Source of the DNA: an uncultured Polaromonas sp.
Lineage (GTDB): Bacteria > Pseudomonadota > Gammaproteobacteria > Burkholderiales > Burkholderiaceae_C
Assembly (NCBI GenBank): GCA_964450095.1
Contig: CAYVGD010000001.1
Span: 1 to 33,226 of the forward strand
Length of the DNA stretch: 33,226 nt
Direction: 5' to 3'
In this document: piece by piece, positions 23,269-32,107 of the stretch
Layout of the letters: the number at the start of each line of letters is the position of its first letter
How positions within the stretch are numbered: position 1 is the stretch's first letter
The notes under the pieces: generated by a model
What the model saw: the letters and a program-made list of their open reading frames with translations, nothing else
Database searches by the model: none
What the model was told of the DNA's origin: nothing
Position numbers and translations under genes: made by a program

Positions 23269-25239
23269 TTACTGCAGGGGCTGGGCCTGGGCCATGCCGC
23301 CAATGATCGGGTTGACGGCGCCGGGCTCGTCCACGGGTTCGGCCGGGATTTCCGGCAGGCCCGCGGCAGGCATCGCGCCAGGTGCGGGCATGGCCGGCGC
23401 CGGCTGCTTGGGCAGGAACTGCTCGACCTCCAGGCGCTCATCGAAGCGCTTGACGGTTTCGCGCAGCAGGTTGACCAGCGGCTCGGCGTCCATGCCCTGC
23501 GCCTGGGTCTGCATGATCTGCACCACCAGGCCTTGAATGATGGGCAGCAGCCGGCCCCAGCTCTCCTGCTGCTCCTGCTTGTCGGGCGCGCCCGTGGTGC
23601 CGGCACGGATGGTCATGCTCACCATGTCGAACACTTCCTCGCGCGACAGCTCGGGCCAGTCGTAGGGGCGCTCCAGCACCTCCATCTGCACGCCGCCCGC
23701 ATCCACCAGCTTGGCCTCGCCCGGCCCCATGATCCTCTCGACCTGGGGCGCCGTCAGCTCCTGCAGCAGCACCTGCGCGGCGTACTGGCTGATTTCCTGC
23801 AGCCAGTCCTCCACCTGGTCGCGGAACTCGCTCACGCGAGCCGACAGGCCTTGCTGCATGATGCTCGCCTCGGTGGCCGTCTTGGCCTTGACGATCGAGC
23901 CGCGCTGGCTGTCCTGCACGCCAGTGACCAGCTCCCAGTCGTAGCGCACGGCGCTGGTGTCGTAGACGGCCGGGTCGATCGGCGGATGCTGACGGGGCGC
24001 AATCACCTGCGACAGGGGCTTGCCCTCGGTGTCGATGATGGTGATTTCACCGATGTCGCTGTCGCTGTAGCGGCGGATGGACTTCTCGCTGATGTCCCCG
24101 CCTGCGATCCAGCCAGGCTTGCACAGCTCGCGGTGCTTGTTGTAGCTGTCTCGCGCGCCGTTGTGTTCCTCCTGCAGCTTTTCCGTCAGGTCCACCAGGC
24201 TGGGCGCCACGAACTGGCCGTCCACAAGCTGGAACGGCAGCAGGAAGAACGGATACCAGCGCTCGCCGGCCTTGGGCGGGCTGTAGGGTTCGCGCAGCCA
24301 GTAGTCGCAGCCCTCGGCAATGGTGTAGATGGTCTGCGTTTTCTTGTCCCATATCTCGAGGATGGCGATCTGCTGGTCCTCGCTCACCGAGCTGCCGGCG
24401 CTGGCAAAGCGGCCATCCTTGGGCCGGCCCTTGGCCGTGTCGTGGTAGGCCTTGGCCTTGTCCAGCTTGACCTTGTAGGTCGCCTCGGCCTCGGCCTTCT
24501 TCATCGGGATGACGTGGCACAGCCAGTCGGCCTCGCGGTAGTCCCAAAATTCGCACACGCTCGGGTCGATGAGCAGGTTCTCCGTCAGCACCCGGTCGAT
24601 CACCAGGCCTTCGGCGGCCGTGATTTCCACCTTCTCGTTCAGCGAGCGCATGAGCTGGTTCAGCTCGGCGCGCTTGACCTCCAGGTCGCCGCGCTGCGTC
24701 GGGTCGTCCAGCTCGGCCAGCAGGCGCTCAACCTCGAGGATGTTGTCCTGGGTGTCGTTGATGCGGCCAACGATCACCGGGTCTTGCCGGATGTCGCGCT
24801 GGTACATCACCTTGACGATGCCGAAAGAGCTGGTGAGCGCCGCGCGCACGCTGGCCTTGGCCCGGCCCTTCAGGTCGGCGCGCTCGAGCTGCTTGTTGGT
24901 CACCTTCTCCAGCGTGGCGCAGAACTTCTTGAGGTTGTCGGCCTTGAAGTTGGGCGTGGCGCTGATTTCCGGGTTGCGCGCGTAAATCTGCGGCAGCATC
25001 GCAGTGATGGTGCCGTGAATGAGGTTGGCCCGGTGCTTGTAGAAGTCGGGGCTGTCGGGCTCGGCGTTCCAGTCAAAGCCGGCCACCAGGCGCCGGTTGT
25101 GGCGCACGCGCTTGTGGAACTTCTCCCAGTGCGTGCGGGCGCTGGCAATGCGCTGGTTCCACTTCTTGGCCAGCTCGTCGGGCTTGCACTCGCGGTAGCC
25201 CTCGGGGGTGGTGGCGGTCTTTTCTTGGTCCATGCTCAC
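23269..25239 (-). CDS. Portal protein
   Basis: 656 aa, follows TerL, and has the 'KTATEASI' motif typical of podovirus portals. Confidence 0.85.
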   Translation of the reverse strand: MSMDQEKTATTPEGYRECKPDELAKKWNQRIASARTHWEKFHKRVRHNRRLVAGFDWNAEPDSPDFYKHRANLIHGTITAMLPQIYARNPEISATPNFKADNLKKFCATLEKVTNKQLERADLKGRAKASVRAALTSSFGIVKVMYQRDIRQDPVIVGRINDTQDNILEVERLLAELDDPTQRGDLEVKRAELNQLMRSLNEKVEITAAEGLVIDRVLTENLLIDPSVCEFWDYREADWLCHVIPMKKAEAEATYKVKLDKAKAYHDTAKGRPKDGRFASAGSSVSEDQQIAILEIWDKKTQTIYTIAEGCDYWLREPYSPPKAGERWYPFFLLPFQLVDGQFVAPSLVDLTEKLQEEHNGARDSYNKHRELCKPGWIAGGDISEKSIRRYSDSDIGEITIIDTEGKPLSQVIAPRQHPPIDPAVYDTSAVRYDWELVTGVQDSQRGSIVKAKTATEASIMQQGLSARVSEFRDQVEDWLQEISQYAAQVLLQELTAPQVERIMGPGEAKLVDAGGVQMEVLERPYDWPELSREEVFDMVSMTIRAGTTGAPDKQEQQESWGRLLPIIQGLVVQIMQTQAQGMDAEPLVNLLRETVKRFDERLEVEQFLPKQPAPAMPAPGAMPAAGLPEIPAEPVDEPGAVNPIIGGMAQAQPLQ

Positions 25240-26621
25240 ACTTTCAGGTGATAGGTGTCGTCGTCATATTTTTTGGTCGGCTCGTCCCAGTCATCGGACT
25301 TTTGTTGTTCGTCCGGCGAGCGGCGGCGGCGCATCACCCCGTAGCGGGTGGCGTCCCAGGCGTGGTCCTCGGCATCGCTGTCCACGTCCTCCGGGTTGTC
25401 GTCGTCAGGCGGCAGGGCCGGCACCGTGCGCAGCCAGTGCCTGCAGGTGGAAAAGACCTTGAGCTTGTCCTCGGCCAGCAGCCGGATGATTTCCTGGGCG
25501 CCGTTGACCCTCGAGCCCTTGGCGTTCCAGGCCTCCTGCCACTTGACCCCGCCCTCGCGGAATATCTGGCCGATCGAGCGGTCGGCGCCGATCTTGGAAA
25601 AGATGGCCGGGTCGGCCAGGTTCAGCCGGTACTCGTAGCCCAGGCGCTCGTCGTGTTCCTCGATGCGCCGCACCTTCCTGGCCACCTGGGCGGCGTCCTC
25701 GCGCGTGCCCGTGCCCTCCTTCTCGCCGGCCCCGTACAGCTCGCGCCAGATGTAGTGCGTGCCGTCCGGGTCGAGCGCGAACCAGTAGACGGCGTAGGGC
25801 GCGGCGTAGCCCCAGTCCATCGACTTCCACACCTTCCAGTGGCTGGGGATGGTGAAGGGCTCCACCACATGGCGCTTGGCGTCCCACACCCCCTCGAGGA
25901 AGCTGCCGACGTGGATGTCCCAGTCGCCCTCCAGCCAGGCCTTGCGGCGGTTCGGGTCTTTCAGCGCCTCCAGCGTTCCCAGGTAGTCCGGGTCGTTCTT
26001 GAGCAGCACCGTGTTCTCGAAGATGGTCGAGCGGATGGCCACCCGCGGCTTGGCGCCGTCCTCGCGGATCACCTGGCCAGATGGCACGCCGCCCTGACCC
26101 AGCTTGAAGCGCTCCTTCACCGGGCCGTGACCCTTGCCGAACGGGTTGCAGGTCGCGCGCACCATGCGTGGCATGCCAGGGTAAGAGCTGCGGCAGGTCG
26201 AGTGCATCGCCTCGTAGAACCCCAGGCTGCGCCAGTTGGTCAGCTCTTCAAAGCCCAGCCACGGGTATTCGTGGCCGTGGTAGTTCCAGTAGTCGTCCTC
26301 GGTCGCGCCGTAGCGGAAGAACAGCATTTCGCCGTCCGGCCACTCCCACACATAGTCGGCCTTGTTGAACTTGGCCTCGGGGAAGAACTGGCTGAACCAG
26401 CGCCGGCTCTTGGCCACCACGTCAGCGAGCTGCGGGTAGGTCAGGCGAAACAGCACGCCGCGCCAGTGCGGCCCGAACCCCTTGCCCGTGTGCTGGGCGA
26501 AGGACATCAGCAGCGTGTCGGTCTTGCCACCGCCGCGCGTGCCGTGCATCAGCGCCTCGTAGATGGGGCAGGTCAGGAACTGGAACTGCGCGCCTGGCAG
26601 CGGGGCCCAGCGTGTCGTCAA
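25236..26621 (-). CDS. terL: Terminase large subunit
   Basis: Walker A GTRGGGKT, Walker B LGFEEL, motif III ATCNP, and nuclease motifs MDWG and DHAWDATRY. Confidence 0.93.
   Translation of the reverse strand: MTTRWAPLPGAQFQFLTCPIYEALMHGTRGGGKTDTLLMSFAQHTGKGFGPHWRGVLFRLTYPQLADVVAKSRRWFSQFFPEAKFNKADYVWEWPDGEMLFFRYGATEDDYWNYHGHEYPWLGFEELTNWRSLGFYEAMHSTCRSSYPGMPRMVRATCNPFGKGHGPVKERFKLGQGGVPSGQVIREDGAKPRVAIRSTIFENTVLLKNDPDYLGTLEALKDPNRRKAWLEGDWDIHVGSFLEGVWDAKRHVVEPFTIPSHWKVWKSMDWGYAAPYAVYWFALDPDGTHYIWRELYGAGEKEGTGTREDAAQVARKVRRIEEHDERLGYEYRLNLADPAIFSKIGADRSIGQIFREGGVKWQEAWNAKGSRVNGAQEIIRLLAEDKLKVFSTCRHWLRTVPALPPDDDNPEDVDSDAEDHAWDATRYGVMRRRRSPDEQQKSDDWDEPTKKYDDDTYHLKV
25268..25305 (-). promoter_or_regulatory. 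Degenerate late-promoter copy upstream of portal
   Basis: ACAAAAGTCCG-N17-ACCAAAAAAT in the terL 3' end. Confidence 0.4.
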
Positions 26622-26950
26622 GCGTTGCGCTCCTTGAGCTTGGCTTCGATGGCGCGGGCAATGTCAGGCGCATCGTTGATTGATGCCTCGCCCATCTCAT
26701 CGCAGTAGCAGTTCCAGATGTCCTCGGCTTCCTCATCCGTCAGCCCCTGCCACTGGCGCGGCTGCGGGGTGGTGTGGGTGAACTGCTGCACATAAAGTTT
26801 GTGTTTGCCAACTGGCAGCGACAGGTATTCAAGCCGCCAGTCCTTGCCAAACACTTCAATGATTGCCCCACACTTTGGGGCCACCGGCTCCTGCTTTGGC
26901 TGCGCCAGCCCAATCGTGACCTCACTTACCCGTGCGTGAAAGTTACTCAT
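26618..26950 (-). CDS. Hypothetical accessory protein
   Basis: 110 aa, overlap-coupled to neighbours; shares AQPxQEPVA and LTDE blocks with 27228-27692. Confidence 0.65.
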   Translation of the reverse strand: MSNFHARVSEVTIGLAQPKQEPVAPKCGAIIEVFGKDWRLEYLSLPVGKHKLYVQQFTHTTPQPRQWQGLTDEEAEDIWNCYCDEMGEASINDAPDIARAIEAKLKERNA

Positions 26951-27592
26951 TGTTCGCCCTCCACCGGGGGGTGCAAAAAGTTCAGCACCCCCGAATACAC
27001 TCTAAAGCGCCCGTAGTTGTCGCCAACCTCACGCGCCCATCCGGCGTAACGCATTTCCACCTCGCACTGCCGCAAAAGGTCAAGTGCTTGGTCGTTGTCT
27101 TGAATCACTTTGTCGTGGATGTTGATGTAGGCGTCGCACTTCTCGCGCCACTGTTGAATTTCTTTTTCGTGCAAGTCTTTTAGGGCTTTTGTCAGCGGGT
27201 TGTTTAACCACGCCTCATGGTCGATCTTCATTGCGGCTCCTTGTGAACGATGACAGACGCGCCTGTGTCGGGGTCTGTGTATGTGGCTTCAGGGTTGCAC
27301 CAACAAGGGCTGTCGTCGGTGACGTGCTCGCGGGTGGCCGTGATGCCGTGGGCGCCTTCGATGGCGCGGGCGTAGGCGTGGACGTAGGAACCCGGTATTG
27401 CTGCGGGGGTGGCCGCAATCACTTTGATCTGCTCATCCGTCAGCGGCTGCTGTGCTGGCTGCGGGGCGGTGTATAGGGGCACGGTGTACTTTCCTTCAGC
27501 GCGGGCGTGTTCCTCGGGCGTGATGCAGTCGATGATGTCGCCGAAGTAGAGATAGCCCCACGCCACCGGCTCCTGCTCTGGCTGCGCCAGCC
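26880..27592. repeat. 31-bp direct repeat (26880-26910 and 27562-27592)
   Basis: GCCACCGGCTCCTGCTYTGGCTGCGCCAGCC, 30/31 identical. Confidence 0.85.
26947..27231 (-). CDS. Hypothetical accessory protein
   Basis: 94 aa, lower GC, ATGA overlaps on both sides. Confidence 0.65.
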   Translation of the reverse strand: MKIDHEAWLNNPLTKALKDLHEKEIQQWREKCDAYINIHDKVIQDNDQALDLLRQCEVEMRYAGWAREVGDNYGRFRVYSGVLNFLHPPVEGEQ

Positions 27593-27692
27593 TTTCGCGT
27601 AGGGCGGTGATGGCGGCAGTTTTCTCCTGCCAGTTGGCCTTGTTACTCTCCAGCGCCTCCAGCGCTTGCCTAAACAATTCACGATCCGTCAT
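27228..27692 (-). CDS. Hypothetical accessory protein (mosaic QEPVAW...PLYT type)
   Basis: 154 aa from ATG at 27692 (MTDRELFRQALEALE), overlapping the upstream stop. Confidence 0.7.
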   Translation of the reverse strand: MTDRELFRQALEALESNKANWQEKTAAITALRERLAQPEQEPVAWGYLYFGDIIDCITPEEHARAEGKYTVPLYTAPQPAQQPLTDEQIKVIAATPAAIPGSYVHAYARAIEGAHGITATREHVTDDSPCWCNPEATYTDPDTGASVIVHKEPQ

Positions 27693-28348
27693 GCTTTTAC
27701 CTCGTAGTCTTTGAACACGACGCCTTTGCTGGCATCGCCCACCTTGCAGTCGCGCACCCACACGCGCTTGCCGCTTTTCTTGATGGTGCGCCAGTGCCCC
27801 CTGCGTTCATGCAGGCGCGGGCTGGCGTGCGTGCCCCCCTGTGCGTCGTTCTTTGGTGCAGGCGGCTCAATGGCGACCGTGTGCCAATCAAACGTGAGCG
27901 CGGGCTTGCCTTTGGCTTGTCGCTTCTGGTTTATGAACGTGCGCTGCGGCGTTGGTTGATACGCCATGCGCTCGCCCATGATCTTGAGTAGGGTCGCGGC
28001 CACCATGCGGATGACAGGCCGGATTTCGCTCTCAGGGACGGCCTTGTCTTTGCGGTAGTAGCCAAGCCCGCCCTCTGTTTTGACGATGGCAAATGGTGAA
28101 AAATACTTGTGGGTTTCGATGGCGCACCCGGCCACCAGCACATTGCCGTCGCCCTGCGTCAGCCACAAACTGAAAGGCTTTCCGTGGCTGTCGTAGCCCG
28201 CAATGCCTGTGCGCCTGAATGGCAGGTTAAGCATCACCTGCACGGGCACTTGCTTTCCGTCCCAGCGCTCCATTGCGCCAACGTCAAACCACATGGCCGT
28301 TTCCGGTTCTGGCGCGAGCTTGACGGCTTGCTGAATAAGTGGGGTCAC
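27689..28348 (-). CDS. Hypothetical phage protein with HASPRLHERRGHWR motif
   Basis: 219 aa, GTG start with GGAGG SD, lower GC. Confidence 0.7.
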   Translation of the reverse strand: MTPLIQQAVKLAPEPETAMWFDVGAMERWDGKQVPVQVMLNLPFRRTGIAGYDSHGKPFSLWLTQGDGNVLVAGCAIETHKYFSPFAIVKTEGGLGYYRKDKAVPESEIRPVIRMVAATLLKIMGERMAYQPTPQRTFINQKRQAKGKPALTFDWHTVAIEPPAPKNDAQGGTHASPRLHERRGHWRTIKKSGKRVWVRDCKVGDASKGVVFKDYEVKA

Positions 28349-28392
28349 GTCATATCCTCCAGCGCCTGCTGCATCAGTTCGCGGTCAGTCAT
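28345..28392 (-). pseudogene. 15-aa minigene / truncated duplicate (MTDRELMQQALEDMT)
   Basis: Matches the N-terminus of 27228-27692; overlaps the terS stop and the next start. Confidence 0.6.
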
Positions 28393-28832
28393 ACCTGGCC
28401 CTCCTGGTGCTTGGCCATCATGGCTTCCCAGTCCTGCTCGGTCAGCACGCCAGGCACCACCAGCACGCCCTTGGGGGCCTCGGGGATCAGGTCCTTGCCA
28501 TCCTTGCCGGTGTGCTCCACGGCCGCCAGGCGCGGGTGGATGTAGGGCGCGGCAGACGCTGCGGCGTCCACGGCCATCTTGGCCAGCTTCAGGCCGGCCT
28601 TCTGCTCGTCCTCGTCCAGGCTGCCCAGCTTGGCCTCGGCTTCCTCCCAGAAGCGGCGCATCACGCGCACCATCACGGCCAGGGGCGTTTCGTCCGGCGG
28701 TGTCTCGGCGATGACCTTCTCGGCCACCTCGCGGGTCTTGACGGTGACGGCCGACTTCTTGCGGCCAGCGCCAGGCCGGGCCCCGCCTCGGCCGTTTGAT
28801 TTCGGTTGATTGGATTGATTCTTTTCGGTCAT
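28389..28832 (-). CDS. terS: Terminase small subunit
   Basis: Motifs GRGGARPGAGRKK and AAPYIHPRLAAVEHTGKDG. Confidence 0.8.
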   Translation of the reverse strand: MTEKNQSNQPKSNGRGGARPGAGRKKSAVTVKTREVAEKVIAETPPDETPLAVMVRVMRRFWEEAEAKLGSLDEDEQKAGLKLAKMAVDAAASAAPYIHPRLAAVEHTGKDGKDLIPEAPKGVLVVPGVLTEQDWEAMMAKHQEGQV

Positions 28833-28833
28833 A

Positions 28834-29094
28834 TCAATCGTTCATGGCGCGGCGGCGGATGGCCTGGGCCAGTTCCAGGTGGCCGGCGTTTTCCGCCAGG
28901 GTGGCGTTGGCTTCGCGCTCCATCGCCATGGCCACGTCGATGGTGTTGCCGGCGGCCGTCAGGGCGGCCTGGTAGATGGACTGGCGGTGCTGCTCCAGCA
29001 GGGCCACGGCAAAGCGGTACTCGCTGTCGTGCTCGCTGATGTGCCAGCCAAAGCGCTCGCGCGCCAGGATGACGATGGACTGGTCGATGGTCAT
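28834..29094 (-). CDS. Hypothetical protein (86 aa)
   Basis: ATG at 29094 overlaps the upstream stop; GC3-biased codons. Confidence 0.6.
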   Translation of the reverse strand: MTIDQSIVILARERFGWHISEHDSEYRFAVALLEQHRQSIYQAALTAAGNTIDVAMAMEREANATLAENAGHLELAQAIRRRAMND

Positions 29095-29501
29095 GCGGCT
29101 GCGGCCTCCCAGGCCAGGCTGTGCTGGTCGAACATCACGGCCGCCTGGGTCACGATGTCGATGGGGGTGCCCTGGATGATCCGGTGCGCAGCGGTCATGC
29201 CCGAGTGCAGGCTGGCGCGGTCCTGGTCGGTGATGGCGGAGCGGGCCTTGAGGTCGTCCAGGGCGTTGACCGATGCCCGCACGATGCGCATGTCGGGCTC
29301 GTCGCCGGTCATGCGCAGGTGCAATGCGCAGGCACCAGCGACGAACAGCAGCAGCGCACCGTAGGCCAGCAGGCGGTCCTTGTCGCCGCCCATGAGCGCG
29401 TGAATCTGGCCCTCGATGGCCTTGTCCTGCCAGGCGGCGCGAAGCTGGGCCTTGAGCACCGGGTGCATCCCCAGGCGAGGCTGGCGCGGCTTTTTCTTCA
29501 C
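29091..29501 (-). CDS. Hypothetical protein (136 aa)
   Basis: GTG at 29501 overlaps the upstream stop; GGAG SD. Confidence 0.6.
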   Translation of the reverse strand: MKKKPRQPRLGMHPVLKAQLRAAWQDKAIEGQIHALMGGDKDRLLAYGALLLFVAGACALHLRMTGDEPDMRIVRASVNALDDLKARSAITDQDRASLHSGMTAAHRIIQGTPIDIVTQAAVMFDQHSLAWEAAAA

Positions 29502-29776
29502 CGGCTGACTCCCTGCAGGCGGTCGGCCACCAGCGTGGCGTAGCCGGCAATGTCCACCCACGAATCGGCGTAGTCGGCGTCGCCGTTGAGGATGCGGGCG
29601 ATCTTGTGGGCGATCATCTCCAGCGCCTCCACTTGGTCGCTCTGCATCACGTCGAACTTGCCCGGTGGGGCGTTGCCGATCATGGCCTGCTTGATGGCCT
29701 GGCTGATGCGGGCGTGGTCCTTGAACTGGCCGTAGCGCTGGCCGCGCTCATCAAGGACGCCGTGCAGCGGGCTCAT
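29498..29776 (-). CDS. DUF6378-like protein
   Basis: Motif ERGQRYG...KIARI...DSWVDIAGYA. Confidence 0.75.
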   Translation of the reverse strand: MSPLHGVLDERGQRYGQFKDHARISQAIKQAMIGNAPPGKFDVMQSDQVEALEMIAHKIARILNGDADYADSWVDIAGYATLVADRLQGVSR

Positions 29777-30003
29777 GCGCGCGCTCCCGTGCCCAGCGCC
29801 TGCTGCGCCAGGTCGCCTTCGGTTGGGATGCGCTGGATCGTGCCGTCGCGGTAGCGCAGCTCCTGGCCCATGCGGCTGGGCAGGCGCAGGTGGTCGTTGC
29901 AGCCGGGCCGGTCGGTGGCCAGTTGCAGCTCGGCGGCGTTGTAGTGGGTGCTGGTGGGCACCGAGGCGTTGACCAGAGTTCGAAGGGTGGCGGTGCGGCT
30001 CAT
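29773..30003 (-). CDS. Hypothetical protein
   Basis: 76 aa, GGAG-coupled downstream gene, ATGA overlaps. Confidence 0.6.
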   Translation of the reverse strand: MSRTATLRTLVNASVPTSTHYNAAELQLATDRPGCNDHLRLPSRMGQELRYRDGTIQRIPTEGDLAQQALGTGARA

Positions 30004-30371
30004 GCGGGTTCCTGCAGGGCGATGGGTTCAATGGCCACCTTGACCATGCCGCCGATGTCGGGGGCCACGTCGAAGGTGATGCGGAAATGGCGGTCGTCCA
30101 GGCCCAGCGCGTCGGCCAGGCCATCGAGGCCCGCCTTCATCGAGGCGAGCATGTTGTCGGCGTCGCGTGCGCGCCGGTCGGGCGGGTAGAACGTCAGGGT
30201 GACGGCGGCCTTGCTGGCTCCGGCCAGCGACTGCGTGGTGATGCCGGCGATGCGCGCACGCATGAAACATTCGGTGCGGTAGGCCTTCTTGGCGGCCGAC
30301 ACCCTGGACCAGTGCAGGCGCTGGTTGGGGCTCAGGTCCTTGGGCGGCCAGGGCAGGGTGACGGTCATCAT
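30000..30371 (-). CDS. RusA-like Holliday junction resolvase
   Basis: Motifs LPWPP..LSPN and PPDRRARDADN..K..LDGL...DD. Confidence 0.85.
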   Translation of the reverse strand: MMTVTLPWPPKDLSPNQRLHWSRVSAAKKAYRTECFMRARIAGITTQSLAGASKAAVTLTFYPPDRRARDADNMLASMKAGLDGLADALGLDDRHFRITFDVAPDIGGMVKVAIEPIALQEPA

Positions 30372-30598
30372 TTGAGTGTTGGTGCTTTGCCGGCGTCGGC
30401 CGGACATTTGGTGAGCAGGTGCGGCTGCAGGGTGACGAGGGCGTGGCGGTTGCCGCCGTCCAGGCGCACGGTCACGCGCAGGAAGTGGTCGAACTTGGAC
30501 TCACCGGCGCGGTGCTTGATGACCGTGCCGATGCGCCCGGTCGGGGTCATCACGCGGGTGCCCACGGGAAAGTCGTCCACGTCCTGGTCGCGCTTCAC
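30368..30598 (-). CDS. Small SH3/KOW-like hypothetical protein (76 aa)
   Basis: FPVGTRV..PTGRIGTV; GTG start overlaps the upstream stop. Confidence 0.55.
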   Translation of the reverse strand: MKRDQDVDDFPVGTRVMTPTGRIGTVIKHRAGESKFDHFLRVTVRLDGGNRHALVTLQPHLLTKCPADAGKAPTLK

Positions 30599-30855
30599 GA
30601 CTGCAGCCTCTCGAGGGTCACAGCCAGCGCGTCCAGCTCGTCCATCTTGGCAATCGCCCAGGCCCGGCGCTGGCCATGCCAGCCCATGAGCGGGCCCTGG
30701 TGGCAGCTCTCGCACAAGGCCACCACGGTGAAGTGCTGGCCCTGCTTGATGTGGTGCGCGGCGCTGGGCCCCGGCGCGTCGCACACGCTGCAGGGCAGCG
30801 CTTTGACCTTGGCCAGGTGCGCGCGCTCTGCAGCTCGGATGTTCTTGGACAGCAT
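30595..30855 (-). CDS. Ref/YbcO-like Zn-binding HNH-fold nuclease (86 aa)
   Basis: LPCSVC...AHH...ALCESCH; follows ninB. Confidence 0.75.
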   Translation of the reverse strand: MLSKNIRAAERAHLAKVKALPCSVCDAPGPSAAHHIKQGQHFTVVALCESCHQGPLMGWHGQRRAWAIAKMDELDALAVTLERLQS

Positions 30856-31280
30856 CAGACATGCGCCTCCTGGTCCACCCACCTCGGGGCCGAAAACCTC
30901 ACGCCCTGCTCGGCGCCCCAGGCCTCGATCAATGTCTGCAGGTCGCCCATTTCGCTCTTGGTCATCTGGCTGGTGGACTTGCCCAGCACCACAAACCCGC
31001 CGTCCAGGCCCGGGACCACGTCCTGCTTGCACAGGTGCGCGGTAAACAGGTGCTTCCAGTCCTCGGCCGAGAGCTTGCGGCCGTACCACTGCACCTGCTC
31101 GCTGATGTCAGTCAGCATGGCCCACAGTCGCGCGTTTTGCGCCAGGCTCCTGGTTTCGGGCTTGAGCTCGAGCACCATGCGCCGGCCAGCCGTCAGATGC
31201 GCCTTGAGCGCCGGCCACACCTGATGCGCCAGCGCCTGGTGCGCCTGCTGCGGGTTGAACAGCACCAGCGCCTGCCTCAT
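30855..31280 (-). CDS. ninB: NinB/Orf family recombination protein
   Basis: RSLAQNARLWAMLTDISEQVQW...EDWK...STSQM...IEAWGAEQGVRFS. Confidence 0.88.
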   Translation of the reverse strand: MRQALVLFNPQQAHQALAHQVWPALKAHLTAGRRMVLELKPETRSLAQNARLWAMLTDISEQVQWYGRKLSAEDWKHLFTAHLCKQDVVPGLDGGFVVLGKSTSQMTKSEMGDLQTLIEAWGAEQGVRFSAPRWVDQEAHV

Positions 31281-31489
31281 GCCGGCACCTCATCGAACAG
31301 GTCCAGGTTCTGCGGCGCAGGCACGCGCACGGCCTGGCTGGAGCTGGAGAGTTTCAGCAAGCCCACGCGCTTGCGCGCGAGCTGCACCAGGCCGGCACGG
31401 CGGGCGCACACCGGCCCCACCGGGAGCTGGCCGATCAGCACCGCCGGCTGCAGCATGGGCCGGCCACACAGCGCGCAGTGATGTTTCAC
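31277..31489 (-). CDS. Zn-finger protein (CxxCGR...GPVC) with C-terminal QNLDLF
   Basis: 70 aa from GTG at 31489. Confidence 0.6.
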   Translation of the reverse strand: MKHHCALCGRPMLQPAVLIGQLPVGPVCARRAGLVQLARKRVGLLKLSSSSQAVRVPAPQNLDLFDEVPA

Positions 31490-31529
31490 AGCAGCCCCCA
31501 TGCCACGGCGTGCGCGACTTCGGCTGCGC

Positions 31530-31745
31530 TCAGGGGCGTTTCCCAAGCGCGCGGGCCACGGATGCCAACACTTGCGCCCGGCCAGGGTTCCCCGGAAAGC
31601 GCTCGATGGCCGCCAGCAGCGCGGAAGCCTGGTGCTTGAGCGGCTGCGACGACAACACCAGGCGCGTGCAGCACTCCAGGCACTGCATGTGATACGACCC
31701 GGAGTAGCGGTTGCTGGCCGCGTGCGTGCAGGCTTGGCATGTCAC
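31530..31745 (-). CDS. Small Zn-binding hypothetical protein
   Basis: CxxC...CxxC; ATGA overlap with the upstream gene. Confidence 0.6.
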   Translation of the reverse strand: MTCQACTHAASNRYSGSYHMQCLECCTRLVLSSQPLKHQASALLAAIERFPGNPGRAQVLASVARALGKRP

Positions 31746-32107
31746 TCTGCCCCGCCTTTGCTGGTCATCCGCGAGCGCAGCTCCTGCAGCATGGCCCGGA
31801 CCTTGGCCTTGGCCTCGTCATCCATCTGCGGCGCAGGCAGCGCCTTGACTGGTGGAGGCGGCATGCGCCGGCACATGGCGCGAAACTGCAGCACGTTGGG
31901 CGGCCGGTCAATCGGCAGGTTCTGCAGGGCGTAGCGCAGCGCCTCGGGCGCGCGTTGAAAGCCTGCCAGCTCATGCGCCCAGTCGGCCTTGACGGCGGCA
32001 GGCTCCAGGCCCTCGTACTGCGCCATGAAGGCGCGGCCGTAGGTCAGCGACAGCTTGGTGAAGATGCGGTCGATCCACTCGACCGGCAGAGGTGCAACCT
32101 GGGTCAT
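31742..32107 (-). CDS. Replication protein P-like (helicase loader)
   Basis: IFTKL...YG..F...W..EL...PPN..QF..MCR; follows the initiator. Confidence 0.65.
   Translation of the reverse strand: MTQVAPLPVEWIDRIFTKLSLTYGRAFMAQYEGLEPAAVKADWAHELAGFQRAPEALRYALQNLPIDRPPNVLQFRAMCRRMPPPPVKALPAPQMDDEAKAKVRAMLQELRSRMTSKGGAE

Noticed and set aside
31486-31740. 84-aa alternative-frame ORF overlapping 31530-31745
   Set aside because: No motif; the overlapping CxxC ORF has the coupled start and better codon bias.
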